Source: Amoebidium appalachense
Taxonomy: Eukaryota; Protista; Ichthyosporea
Assembly (NCBI GenBank): GCA_963693365.1
Contig: CAVNZM010000002.1
Location: 13,177,615-13,241,614 of the forward strand
Reading direction: 5' to 3'
Length of the DNA stretch: 64,000 nt
Below are positions 25,535-38,974 of this stretch, in pieces. Numbering within the stretch: the stretch's first letter is position 1; each line of letters begins with the position of its first letter. Made by a program: the position numbers and the translations under genes. The notes below the pieces were generated by a model that ran no database searches, was not told the origin of the DNA, and saw nothing but the letters and a program-made list of their open reading frames with translations.

Positions 25535-27986
25535 GAGGGGGGAGGGAGAGATAAGGGGGTGGGGGGGAGGGGGGGGGGCAAAACTGACGGGGGGAGGTAG
25601 AGACATAATTATCTCGCCTTATTCTTACACACGCTGCTTTATTACCTGCTGCTAAGTTTTGCTTTTTTTTTTCTCCGGGGGGGGGGGGGGGGGGGGGGGG
25701 GGGGTATTCTCGTCTCTGGGTACTAGGTATGTTTAGACACATTTTTTTAATTGGTGGTTTTGGCTGTGAGCTAAGTTGCACGCACATACTCAAACTGTGT
25801 TATTATAGTAGCTCTGGATGTTCGACTATCGCTACAGGCTAATAGTTTTGGCAAGCTGCCATTTCGTCGACACATGCACAAATCTTAGCTCCACATGTTG
25901 ATATACATTTGATATATGAAAAGTAATATTTACCTAGACGATTAATAAACTACTTGATTGTTGCTGTTGCACTACAGTAACTGTTCGAACGTTCTTGTGC
26001 ACGTGAGCCGCCCCCTTGTCACATGGCAGAACCCATTCATCATGTCAACCTGAAAAATCCCCATGTATCATGCACATGAAGGGAGGAAGGGTGGATACAT
26101 CACGGCGAGAACTTAGGCGATATGAAATGAAATATCATATCCGAGCTAGACTGTGCACGTGGCGCCCTCGAGCTCAGAGTCACGGCCGTGCTTTGTTTGC
26201 CTGCCCTTACATGTCTGGGTATTCAAGAATAACTGTCAACCACATGCATGGGAGCACTACGATGCGTGCCACATGGGCACACTCCATGCGCCGAAGGCCT
26301 AGAAGACTAGTCTCCGACTTCACTGATATCGATGCCTAAGTTGCAGGACGCATGCCGTGCTTTTCAATTAAAGGTTGAGACTTTCCGTCGTCACATACTT
26401 GTTGAATCAGGGTGGCTGGGTACGTACGCGTGTTTGTGGAGGGGAATTCGAAGGCGGATTCCGGAGACAGGGTCACGGTGCACACGATGCACAGGTTGGG
26501 GGGGGAGGTGAACAGGAGGCCGACGAATCGAAATCACACACAAGATCACCATGCGCGCAACGTAAAAACCATCTCCCTGTCACGTACGGCAGTTGAAGGA
26601 TCCTGAGTGTTGCATGCCCTTCTTGGTGTTCTCTGTTCTGTTATCTCTGCTTTCTATCAAAACTTTAGCTGGGGGTCGGAGTGGGGAGCTCCTGCTTCCA
26701 CCAAAGAGGCAGCTGGCCGGTGCAGCCGGCAACCCGGCCCCCTCAGGCTTTTGTCACAGAGAATGGAAAAAATCAGAGCCGCATTCTGATTGGAGCGCAT
26801 TCAATATGGTAACTATATCCATTTAGGGATTGGAGCGCCTTCAACATGGTTATTAGAGGCGCATATGCATTGGTTAGCGGCAAATACGGCCTTGACCCAT
26901 TCTCTAGCTTGAAGTCACCAGCCATGGAGTCTGCATGCAGTTGTAGAAATGCGTTTCTGGAGTCGGAACGATCCGGCACTGCACGATGCATGCCCTTCAC
27001 ACAACATAGCGTAATGTGTGCCCTTTGCTATAGCCTATAGCCTATGATGGAGTTTTCTAGCACGGCAACACACACTAGAGTTCATAGGCGTCACAGGCAC
27101 CCCCAGATCTAGATGACTTACAACACACCACCTTATGCATGTACGGTATACCGCCATGCATATGTGCCTCTTTTATCGACGGCTTCAAGTGGGTGGAAGC
27201 TCAGACAAGAAGGCAGACGCAGTTGTAAATGAAGCAATCACTGAAACCCCTCACATATGTACACAACACACACTGATAGAGACAGCACACGTAAAGGCCT
27301 TTCGATCCCGCAGTGCTTCAAGCGTAATATGCTGTCAAGGCCTAAGACACACGTAAACGGGGTGAGTCACTGAGCAGCAACCACAGCTTTGTTACTTGAA
27401 TTTGCCCCACTAGTCGTGAAAGCGCACGCACATGCACAGGTGTATACAGTGCACAGCCTACTGCCATAAGTGAAAAGTGAAACATTGTGAAAAGCACAGA
27501 ATCTACAGGGTTTTCGTCTACTGGTGATGTAATAGATCGAATGCATACACGCTGTGGTGTGACCTTTGGTCAGTTGCCCTCGGCTGAATCCCGAGAAGCA
27601 GAGAGAGCAAACAGCTGCCTGATAGTTTTCCTCTCCTGCGCCGTTGAGCCACTTTTTGCGCTGCTTGGTCTCACACAGCATATTTAGAGCAGTTTTTGTT
27701 TCTAGAGAAAAGTCACCAGAAGGATACAAACAAATGCACCACACGATGTTCAGTTGAGATCAGTCCGGTTCGGGGCCAGCCACAAACACGGTTGGTTTAC
27801 TGAGGACACAGCGTGCCCAGCTAACTATGGAACCAAGATTACGGCACATACGCTAACTTTCATCAGTTTTACAGCATGTACAACAGTCCAAAAACACATT
27901 TTCCTGCATAAAGCACGGTCAAACAACCGATGACATTCGAGAATCATAGTTCAAAAACATAACACATTTCGGGCCACATTCAAGGA

Positions 27987-28382
27987 TTATACACACACAG
28001 CCGAGGGCTGGGGCTGCGCCAGTCGGTCCCACTTTCCAACCACCTTCCCGTTTTCCCCATTCCTCTCACACAGTCTCTTGCAGTCTATGGTAACCCCATC
28101 TTCCTCCTCTTCCCCCCGGTATCTCTTGGTGCTGCAGCTGCCGCTATCCAACTCGGGTTCATCCTCGTCAGAGCACACAGGCACAAGCTCCTCATCACTC
28201 TCGCAGCTTTCTGTCTCCAGTTGTGTCTGAAGTTTGTCGAAAAGTCGTTGGATGTGAAGGCAATGCGCTAGCCTATCAAGGTGCTTCTTGTCGTTCATTT
28301 TCCGTAGACTGATGTCAATCAGTTGGTTGAGTGTGCGGCCCGGCAGGCTGCTGGCGGGGGGACTGCGCGGTGCAAGAACCAT
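27987..28382 (-). CDS. Intronless 131-aa SERTA/IER-like protein
   Basis: Clean ATG-TAA ORF in non-repetitive DNA. The N-terminal helix pair LIDISLRKM...LAHCLHIQRLFDKLQ resembles SERTA/IER motifs, followed by an acidic middle and basic patches. TATA and CCAAT motifs lie upstream. Confidence 0.6.
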   Translation of the reverse strand: MVLAPRSPPASSLPGRTLNQLIDISLRKMNDKKHLDRLAHCLHIQRLFDKLQTQLETESCESDEELVPVCSDEDEPELDSGSCSTKRYRGEEEEDGVTIDCKRLCERNGENGKVVGKWDRLAQPQPSAVCV

Positions 28383-28556
28383 TTTCCTTGAAAGTTAAAA
28401 GGCAATGAGACGTGCTTAGAAATACATCAAACTACGGACTCAAAACGTTGACGAATTTCACTTTCTGCACTTTGAAAACAAAACAACCTGGTGCACGGGA
28501 TGAAGAGGTGAGGAGCATACACGTGTTGTGTTTGTTGCTGTCGTGTGCAAATCTGT

Positions 28557-28640
28557 TTTATATACCATCGACGCAAGCTAGGAATGTCGCGGGAACATGT
28601 TTGATTGGATAACTTCACACGTATGACTTGTAACCAATAG
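28557..28640 (-). promoter_or_regulatory. Putative TATA box and CCAAT boxes upstream of the SERTA/IER-like ORF
   Basis: TATATAAA on the minus strand at 28564-28557, about 175 nt upstream of the ATG. CCAAT motifs near 28605 (-) and 28635 (+). A TGACGTCA occurs further upstream at 29104-29111. Confidence 0.4.
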
Positions 28641-30652
28641 TCGCGTGGACACGCTTTTAAGTTATCGTAACTTACCCGGAATTCTCAGCACGCAAATTTG
28701 GAGACAAATAAAATATTTCACTTGCTGAAAATTCCCAAATACCATTGAAAACCATAAAAAATTGGGCAATTTATTTCGTTTATACTATGTTCGAATGAGA
28801 ACGAAAATATTGCTTTTGGGGCTTCAACAACAACTTTTTGCCCTGCCTCTAAAGAGTACACGTGCATTCCGGAGTGCACACAGCTGTGAATGATCGAGCA
28901 TCAAGTTAAAGTTCTGATAATGCAATAATATCGGAAGATCATAGCCGAAAAGTCTTTCTTTTTGTTTTAGCCCTGCGAATCACGAAAAATATGATTTCAA
29001 AATATAATCAGAGTAGGGGCCCCGACCCGGAACGTGCGCCGGCCTCCGTCCACGTGTACACCTGGGCTCCCCCCAAAATGTTTGCGTGATGCATCTGCGC
29101 CGATGACGTCACTGACTATTGATATCGGTCGGGCTAGGCCGTGCAGTTGACATCAGTTGTAATGCTTCATAAAAAATATTGAAATACATAAGGGCTATGT
29201 TGTATAGCCTTTTCTAATGACTGTGACAAATTACTCATAGGCAGTATTGAGAGCCCGACAGGTGTGGTCTCGAGGCGAGGTGGTGGTCGTCAAGGGGGAA
29301 CGGTTGCCTTTTTAGGTCGGAGTCGGCGGGAATCACTTTTATTGGCTGACCGAAGCGCTACTCAAAGTCACAATTTGACTCACAAACACGGCGGCTGCTA
29401 AAACATATTTTTAGATGCTCAGTAGCTGTCAGCCGCAGGCCCTAGGACTCGTTTGTATGTTGCTACAAGACAGAAAGGGCCAAGCAGTTACAATCCATGG
29501 AGCTGATGATTTAATTCTCTATGGTTGTACATGTACTGGTGTGGCCGCGTACTCGGCCGCATGCATGCATGATCTATGGGTTACATGTGCATGCATGCAT
29601 GATCACGGCCATCTAGAGCCTCTAGATGGCCGTGATGCATGATCTATGGATTACATGTGCACTATTCGGAACGTCGAGCAATGCGCCGTAGGATAGAAAA
29701 TCAGAAAAGCATGGGCACTCTCACTGGCTGTCTTTATAGTTTGTACTGGTTGGCCACAAGAGATATCTACAATGCCGATGAACAGCAAAAACATCGTCAT
29801 GATCATGAGGGCGTTCTCCGACAGACTATTGTAGCTATAGGTTAGGCCTAGGGTACCGGTGTTGCATGCAAGCTTATGAAGGAACACATGAGTCTCGAAT
29901 GGTTGGAGGCCGATAGTGGGTGCAGCTGCCCTTGGTCAGGCACGGCATAGATATCGATGCGCCTTGCGAGTCCCGCCGTAGCGCGCATGCATATGTGCAC
30001 TCTGTCTAGAATTCGCTCGTGCAGAAATGGAGGCCTCGAAGCTGGCACCTGCAGACCATGCTCATTCGTCTGCGATGTTTTGAGTTGTGCACAAACACTG
30101 GCAGACTGATGATTTTATGAAACTGCCGACTGACACGCGTTCATGCATGAGCTCGGGCTCTGTGTACATACATGTAGGGAGCTCACCGTCACAGCTGCAG
30201 GGTGACGTGCTGATCATGAGGGCGCGGCGCACGCAGGCCGGCCGCTTGCTGATTGCAGCTGCTGATTACGCGACTGCAAGAGCCGGTGAAAATATGAATT
30301 GGCGCGCTGACTGTCAATTGGTTTCTCGCTTCAGCTCTATAGCTTACTAGAGCTTATATACCTAAGATTTGATTGATTCATAGTCACGCATGTGCTTCTC
30401 TGGTGTGGGACACTGTGGGTTACGCGATACCTTCGAGCTGAGCAGCACTGCAGCAGGCCTCCTTCGAGCTGAGACCTCCCACTTTCGAAGGTGAAATGTT
30501 TTTTGGCTAGCGACTGATTACAAGAAGACTTGTTCTTAGTAAAAACCTGTGCTTGTACATGACTTGGAACGCTCATTATCTATTTTTCCTTTTTTCTTTC
30601 TTTCTGGTTTTTGGTGTTTTGTACAAGTTCGCGAAGGGGCCGACAAAGCAAG

Positions 30653-32727
30653 ATGTACGCAGGAGGCTACCAGCCCAAGGGTGAGGCTCCGGACACAAAA
30701 CCTGCGGGCGGTTTTGTGCGCCGTGAAAACAAAAACAGGATTTTTTCTGTCGCAGGACGAGATGCACAGGTGTGTTTTTTTTTTTCCTGCGTGTTTTTTT
30801 TGCAAGATCATGAGGGCTTTAGCAAAGCTGAATTTCGGAAAAATATATTGTTCATGTACACTTTGCCTACATGTTCATATGTCTTCTAGTTTTATGAGGT
30901 AGCTGTGCACTTTTTGCGCTGTAATGTTGAAATTGGAAATAATGAAGCGGAGCCTTCTCTTCAGAAATAAATCATAAGGAACATCTACTTACCCTATATC
31001 CACCTGCGAACGCTGTAAAAGGCACAACGTTGGGCATGTTTCTGGCCCTTTTGCTCGTTGCCTGCGAGGAAGCCTTCCAGCTTGTCACCAGTGTTCATTC
31101 GGCTTTAGATACTCCCGTTTGTTTGCCTTGCCTTTGAGTTGGTTGATAATAGATCCCTGTCATGTTTCTCTTACAGTTGCTTCTTCGCTTGTCATCTCAA
31201 CTCTATAGATGTTGGCCTGAAGATTGTGTGGGAATATCGCTCGAGTTTGGTCTTCAAACCATCTTGTTAATAGGTTCCTCACCCGTGTTCCGTTTTTTTA
31301 GATGTCTATTGTGTTGTCAGTTTTCGGCAGCATCTTAACCCATTTTTGCCCGTTTCTCTACCCCAGGATTCCCGTGTGTCGACAGAGGGGGCTTGTGGTG
31401 TGAACACGCCCAAGTTGCACCCCCAATACCTGCACTCTAATGCCACCTCGCACACGTGGATGCTGGGTGCCATTGCAGAGCTGCTTGACAATGCACTGGA
31501 CGAATTACGCCATTCTGCACACAATTGCTGTACGTAGCCGTTTTCTACTACTTTTGTTCATGTTTGTCTATCATTTTTTTTTTTGGTTCTTCTTTGTGTG
31601 GTGCCGGGAAGGAAAGGGGGGGGGGGGGGGAAGGGGGGGGAGGGGGGGAAGGGGGAGGGGGAAGGGGGGAGGGGGGAGGGGGGGGGGACTGGGGAGCGGG
31701 GGGGAGGGGAGGGGGCACAACCATTCAAAATGGCCGTGTGTTTCGAGTCCTCTTGAATGGTCAGCAGTGGAAAGCTTTCCTGCTTCGATAAGCAGGTTGC
31801 TCTTCTTGATGTGTGCATGGCATGTGTAAGGTAGAAGAACAGGAAACAGAGAGAAGGGGAGAGCAGAGGGGGGGGGGGGGAGTGCTCTCGACAGTGAGGT
31901 CGAGAATAATAGGTGAGCAACAAAGGAGGCGGGAATGAGAAGAGGTTTTGAGAGAACTTGGAGAAAAAGGGTGTGCATATGGATGGGAAGGGTCAGGGAG
32001 ACGGGGAAAGAGGGGAAGGGGGGGGGAGAGGGGGGGGGGGAGGAGGGGGAGGAGGGCAAGAGAGGAGGGCGGGTTCGAGGGATAGCACACCTTGGCTTCC
32101 CAAGTATTGCACTTTCGAGCTGCCAAAGACCGAAAAGGTGTTATTCAGATGTGGTCTGTGGAATTTTCCGTGCGCCTGTTGCGTATGTCTGTCTGTGGGT
32201 GTTTGGCATGGCAACGAGACTCTGCATCGTTTCTGGCGTGGGTGTAGTGGTGTCAAGTTCTCATCTCATCTCCTGCAGGGATCGATGTTGTGGATCACCC
32301 ACTCATCGAGAATGAGCTCATGCTGGTGATTGAAGATGACGGACGACATGGTATGGATCTGCAGGGCCTTGACAAGATGATGAGCTTTGGCATGCCCACG
32401 AAAGCAGGTGGGTGGGTGTAGTGATTGCATGTGTGTGGCTTGGCATTGTGCACACACGTGGATGTGTGTAGGGAAGGCATGTGGGTGGGCGTCTATGCAC
32501 GCACTCGTGGGGGATGGATGCATGCCATGTGGGGGTGTATTGCATGCATGTGGGGGGGTGTAGGCAAATGCGCGTGTTTAGGCCGAGCACATGCACGTGT
32601 GGAGGTGCCATGAGTGCACGTGTGGGGTTGCCATGCAGCAAATATGCATCGCACAGGTACATGTGCATGTCGGGTTACGTGAGGGCCCCCACGTTACCTA
32701 ATGCTCGTCCCGCTTCCTCCCGCCACT

Positions 32728-32758
<31 letters not shown>

Positions 32759-33381
32759 TTCTCTGCACATTGCACATGGATGATGCATGTCAACCAGCTG
32801 GTTTTCTATTTATGCATCTTAATAGTTTGATTGGGCATGTTTGTCCTGACTTCTGGCTGTACTATGATGTTTTTATAAGAGGCATTGTGCTTGGGGGAAG
32901 AGGTGTGGGGAGGGGGGGGGGGGGGGGGGGGGGGAGGGGAGGGAGGGATGGGGGGGCGGAGGGGGAGGGGAGGACGAGGGAGGGGTGTGTGTGTGGAGGG
33001 GTGTGAGTGGGTGGGTGGGGGGGGGGGGGGGGGGGGGGTGATTTCTGACAGGGTATGAACAGGGCAAAATCTGATTGGGCACTTCGGCAACGGGTTCAAG
33101 GCAGGAAGCATGCGATTGGGCAAGGATGCATTGGTGCTCACACGGCACGGGGCGACGGGGGAGCAGTGTGTGGGCCTGCTGTCTCTCACTATGAACACGG
33201 CGGTAGGTGGACCGTGGTGAACACACACATGCACACATGCACACACACACATACATTCACACACACACATACACAGAGAGAGGGGGAGGGAAGAGGGGGG
33301 GGGGGGGGGGGAAGGGGGGACACACCTTCCCATACATCTACATTCATGCATATGCACATGTGTACGTACGCGCGCACGCGC

Positions 33382-33448
<67 letters not shown>

Positions 33449-34099
33449 ATACGTGCCAACCCTAACGCGCTCCTAACATACAAACATAGCAGCGCTGACA
33501 CACACACGCTGTTGGCGGCACACATACAACCGCATGCATGAACGTATGAAAGAGCACCCATTCACACCTATACACACACAGCACACACAAAAACACACCA
33601 CACACGCGCGCACACACAGAAACACGAAATACGCACATGAGCCATCGTGGCAAATGTGCCCCGTGTACAACAGTGTATGGTGTCATCTTTTTTGGAAATC
33701 ACCTGCTGCCAGTCCGCAATATGAAGCAAGAGATTTGGGATTTGAGATAAGAGGGCTCTTTGGATCTCCGCCAGTTTGAGGGAGGAGGAGGGAACCTTAA
33801 AAAAAAAAAAAAGTTTGAGAAAACCCGGTGTTTCTTACGATCGACTCCCCCCCTTGCCCCCCCCCCCCCCCCCCCCCCCCCCTCCCCCCCCCCCCCCCAC
33901 ACACACACACATACACACAGATTTTGATTCAATGTGCTCTGGATGTGTGTTATGTTTTTGCATACCCGCATCACGCTAACCGTTGTGCATTTACTCTTCG
34001 CACTTTGCAACGCATATTGATCCTCCCCCTCCCCCTTTCCACACCCACACATACACGTGTACACAGACACGCACGCACGCACACACACGCACACGCGCG

Positions 34100-34154
<55 letters not shown>

Positions 34155-34167
34155 GCGCGCGCACGCA

Positions 34168-34257
<90 letters not shown>

Positions 34258-34753
34258 TGCAGCTGGAGCTCGGGAACCTCACTGTGCCCATGTGCAGTTG
34301 GGACAAGTGTGGCCGGCCCATGAACGACAGCGCGGCCCGGAAGGCTAACCTGGGTACAACCCCCCCTCCCCCCTTCCCCCCCCCCCCCCCCCCCCCCCAC
34401 CACCACCACCACCACCACCACCACCACCACCACCACCACCACCACCCTCTCTCCCTCCCCATCCCTCCCCCCCCCCCCTCCCCCCCCTCCCCCCCCCCAA
34501 GAAAAAAGAAAGAAAGAAAGAAAGAAAGAAAAGAAGAGAAAAGAAAAGAAAAGAAAAAACACCCTTTCCTGAAGATGGACTGAGCTTATGTCCCTGTGTG
34601 TATTTGATGGATGGCACTGTGTCCGTCGTAATGCACCTACCCCCCCCCCGGAGGATGGGCTCTGCTTATTATGCATACTCTTTATGTATGGCTTGCATTC
34701 TGCATCATGTTATCCGTTTGTTCTTGTGTACTTCGTACTTTTTGACGCATTCA

Positions 34754-34798
<45 letters not shown>

Positions 34799-35047
34799 AC
34801 ACGCCTCCTCCCCCAATTCAATGCAACACACATACGGTTACCGAGTGTTCCACCCAAACCTTTTTTTTTTTTTTTTTTTTTTTTTTTTGGCTTGCCATCT
34901 GGTTCTGCAGCCAAACCTTGACGTGTTTTTCCCCTCTTCCACAGCCTCACAAAGAACAAAATGCACATACCTACACACACACACACACACATACACACAT
35001 ACACACACACATACACACATTTTACATTTTTACACGTGTGGATGCAC

Positions 35048-35095
<48 letters not shown>

Positions 35096-36224
35096 CACAC
35101 ACACACACACACACACGTGCATGGACAGATGTGATTCTTCGCTGGAGCCCCTACCACACTGAGGAGGATCTACTTGGGCAGCTTGCTGGGCTGCGGTGTG
35201 ATGTTGGTGGCACCAAGATCATTATCTACAATCTGTGGCAGGACAGCGATGGGAACGGCCTCCCAGAACTGGTATGCATGCACACACACCTAATCTCGTT
35301 TATTATCATATGGAATGATTCGTGCTGTTCTGCATTATATATCGTCATATTCGTTATATATTATCATCTTAGGTCGTATTGTTCGTATTGTGATATTTAT
35401 GAACCTGCTACACCGGCGCTGACATATTAGTAGATTTGGCATAGGAGCAAACCAGCCCTCAACAACTCTGTTGCTGCTCAAATAATCGATAGAAAAAACA
35501 AATACCATTTTTTATTGTCGACAGGAATGTGTCTTCTTCGCAAATTTTTCTGTGTTGGTTGGAATGGGGGAAAAAATTATTATTCCGTTATCCTTTTATA
35601 TCTGTTTTTGAGCAGCTTTTGGGCTTCTAAAAAACTCTGGAGCTGCCATCGGTTGTAACTGAATGCAGCCAATCATATTCGCTATTCTTGTGCGGGTCCA
35701 ATCAGAAATATGCATTGATTACATTTGTGCATCATCAAGTTGCCCAGCGGCTTTTTGGAAACCCTCTTAGTTTCTCCTTTTTTTTTTTTTTTTTTTTTTT
35801 TTCCCACAGACAAGGTATCGTTTGATAAGGCAACATCAAGCCTTTCTAATAAAAAACTAAAACGAAGGGTGAATATTTTTTGTTCCTTTCGTACAACTTC
35901 TATGAGCTCACATACTACTAAGGCACAAACTTGCTCTCTCTGAGCCTGATACCCCAATGCCGATCTAGCGAATATTGCCAGTCAAAACAGGTTAAGCCTG
36001 ATGCTTTTTCAAGGGGGAGGGGGCTGACGCTGGGGGACTGTGTGTCGGGATGGGGGAGAGGGGGGGGGGGGGGGGGGGGGGGCTCTATGCTGATGGACGG
36101 TTCAGGACTTTGAGAGTGACCCCTTCGACATCAGAATCAGACAGTCTAAGAATACTTTTCCCATGGAACCCAACCCCACTTTGGTAAGTGGCCACACACC
36201 CTCCCATGCATGCTATCCCCCCTC

Positions 36225-36259
<35 letters not shown>

Positions 36260-36704
36260 CCAATTGCACACACACACACACTCTTGAGCCCCCCCGGCAG
36301 ATGGGCCCTGCTCATTGTGTGTACTCTTTGTGTGGTTTGCACTTCGGATTATGTATTCCGTTATGGATGTGTACTTCGTGCATTCTACAACCCCCCCCCC
36401 CCCCCCCTCCCCCCCCCCCCCTTGACCCCCTCCGGCCAATGGCACCCCTGTGATGGTCATTTTTGCTTCAGTGTCTCCTGCCTGTACAGTTATGTTTTTT
36501 TCTGTTTTATGTCCCCCCCCCCCCCCCCCCCCTCTCCGGGCTGGCGAGACTCTTTTTTATAAATGGGAATTGGGTCTCTCTAATCCCCACCGGTGAACTA
36601 ATTTACATGGTTCAAACAGCCACTCAACCTAGTATTAACACGTACCGTGTGCATGCAGGAGAAATACTACGGCTTTAAGGCAGGCTTAATCTATCCTCTG
36701 CAAT

Positions 36705-36752
<48 letters not shown>

Positions 36753-37044
36753 CCGCCTCCTCCTCCCCCCCCCCCCCCCCCCCCCCCCCCGGCGCCGCCT
36801 GGGCAGGCCAGATTCATTGTTTTATACCCACCCGTTGGACTAAGTTGCATTTTAAATAACCACTCAACCCAGTATTAACACGTGTCATGTGCATGCAGGA
36901 GAAATACTATGGCTACAAGACGTCACTGAGGGCATACGTGTCCATTCTCTACCGTGACCTGGTCCCAAAAAATTTCACTTTCCATCTCCGTGGAAAACCC
37001 GTCGAGGTGGGTGCATGCTTGTTGCTCCTTTGTTTGTGGGGGTA

Positions 37045-37084
<40 letters not shown>

Positions 37085-38365
37085 GGGGGGGAGGGGGGGG
37101 GGGAGGGGAGGGGGAGGGGTTGTCTGTGTGTGTGTGTGTGCACGCACGCGCAGGCGCACGTGTGCGTTTGTCTGCACGTGTGTGCAGGCTCAAGGTGTGC
37201 ACGTCACTGCTATTATATATCTGTGCACACTTATGCATGTGTGCCTGCACGTGCAAAGTATACGTGTGTGTGTGTCTGTGGGTGTAGGGCGAGAAACGGA
37301 TGCAAGTGAGTGTGTGTATTCGAGGAACCCCCCCCCCCCCCCTTCTCCTTTTTTTTTTTTTTTTTTTTTTTTGCTGAAACGGGTGTGGTTGCAGATGTTT
37401 AACCTGCAGGGGCACCTGGTACAAACTAAACATATCGCCATCAGTGTGACTAAGCCACAAAAATCCGCTTTCAGCGTGCTCTGTACGTACCATTTATGCA
37501 TGGGGCAGTGGTGTGTATGTGTTTTGTCTGAATCTGTGTGTAGTATGTGAGTAGCTCGTTTACGTGTATGCTTGGGTGTATTTTCGTGGTTGCTAAGCGA
37601 CTGTATGGGTGTATGTTTGTATTATATTTGTGTGAATAGGTATGCGGTGCATTGGATGTTCTGCTCGGTGGCGGAGCGGATGTGTGCGGGTCAACTGCAA
37701 ACCGCCACCTATCTGTTTGTGCACAACCCACTTCTTGGTCTTGGGCGCACAGAAATGAAGGTACGGGTAGAAGAGGAGAAGGGGATGGGTTCTGGTAAGA
37801 ACTGGAGTTTCTTTTTGGTTTGTGATCACGGGGAGCTGAGCTTGTAATAGGGAGAGGCGGGGGGGAGGGGAGGGGGGGGGGGGGGGGGGGGGATGCGGTT
37901 GTGAGTGCACCGTTTTTTGGCCTGGATCGTGTCTATGTCCACGGTGAAAGATCTGCGACGGATGGTGTGTGTAGTAGGTTTTGAGTTGAGGGAAGGAGGG
38001 AGTAAGTGTTGTTCTGATAGGGTTGGGGGGGCAGTTGGTTGGATTCCCGAGGCACGTGAGCACGTGCCTGTGAGTGGCATCTGCATGTACTACCGCAATC
38101 GGCTGATCGAGCCATTCTGGGAGAACACACACAAGTCTAGCAGCAGAGGGAGGGGCGTGGTGGGCATCGTGGAGTTTCCGATCGATCCGGTATGTGTGTG
38201 TGTGTGCGTGTGTGTGCGTGTGTGTGTGGTGTGTGTGTGTTTGTTGGGGGGGGGGGGGGGGGGGGGGGGAGGTGGGGAGGTGGGGATTGGAGTGTGTGGG
38301 TGGGTGGGTGGGTGGGTGGGTCGGTGTGTGTGGGGGGGGGGAGGGGCATGTGTGTGCGTGCCCTG

Positions 38366-38404
<39 letters not shown>

Positions 38405-38909
38405 TGTTTGTGTGTGTGTGTGTGTAAACGGTGAGTGGCGTGTGGTTGTGTATGCGCGGGTGTGCAGGTTTCTCGATGTGAATGCTTGTGTGTGTGTGGG
38501 TGTTGGGGTATGTGTATGCGTGTGTGTGCCGGTGTGTAGGGAGGAGATGAGGATGCCAACATTCCTGTGAGCAATGTTATTCGAAGCCTTTTCGATGTTC
38601 TTACACGACTTCACACGACTTTGTTTGTTGGGGTGTTACAGGCCCAGACCAAGCAGACGTTTGGACACATAGAGGAGGTGCGAAAGAAACTCACCAACGA
38701 GCTTGTCAAATACTGGATCGCACACGGAGAGCAGTTTGGATATCAGGTGAGCCGCAAGAAGAAGCCCGCTGCACAGGCGGCGGGAGCACAGGTGCAGATT
38801 GATGTTGAAAATAGTGCTGATGATGATGACTGTATCATTACGGGAGTCGTGGAGGGGGTGAACAGGCAGCAGCCACGAGAGGCAAAGGTTGAGGTTGGGG
38901 GGCAGGAGG

Positions 38910-38974
<65 letters not shown>

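Noticed and set aside
26789-26852. 24-bp direct repeat GATTGGAGCGC.TTCAA.ATGGT
   Set aside because: Two-copy local duplication between convergent genes with no evident function.
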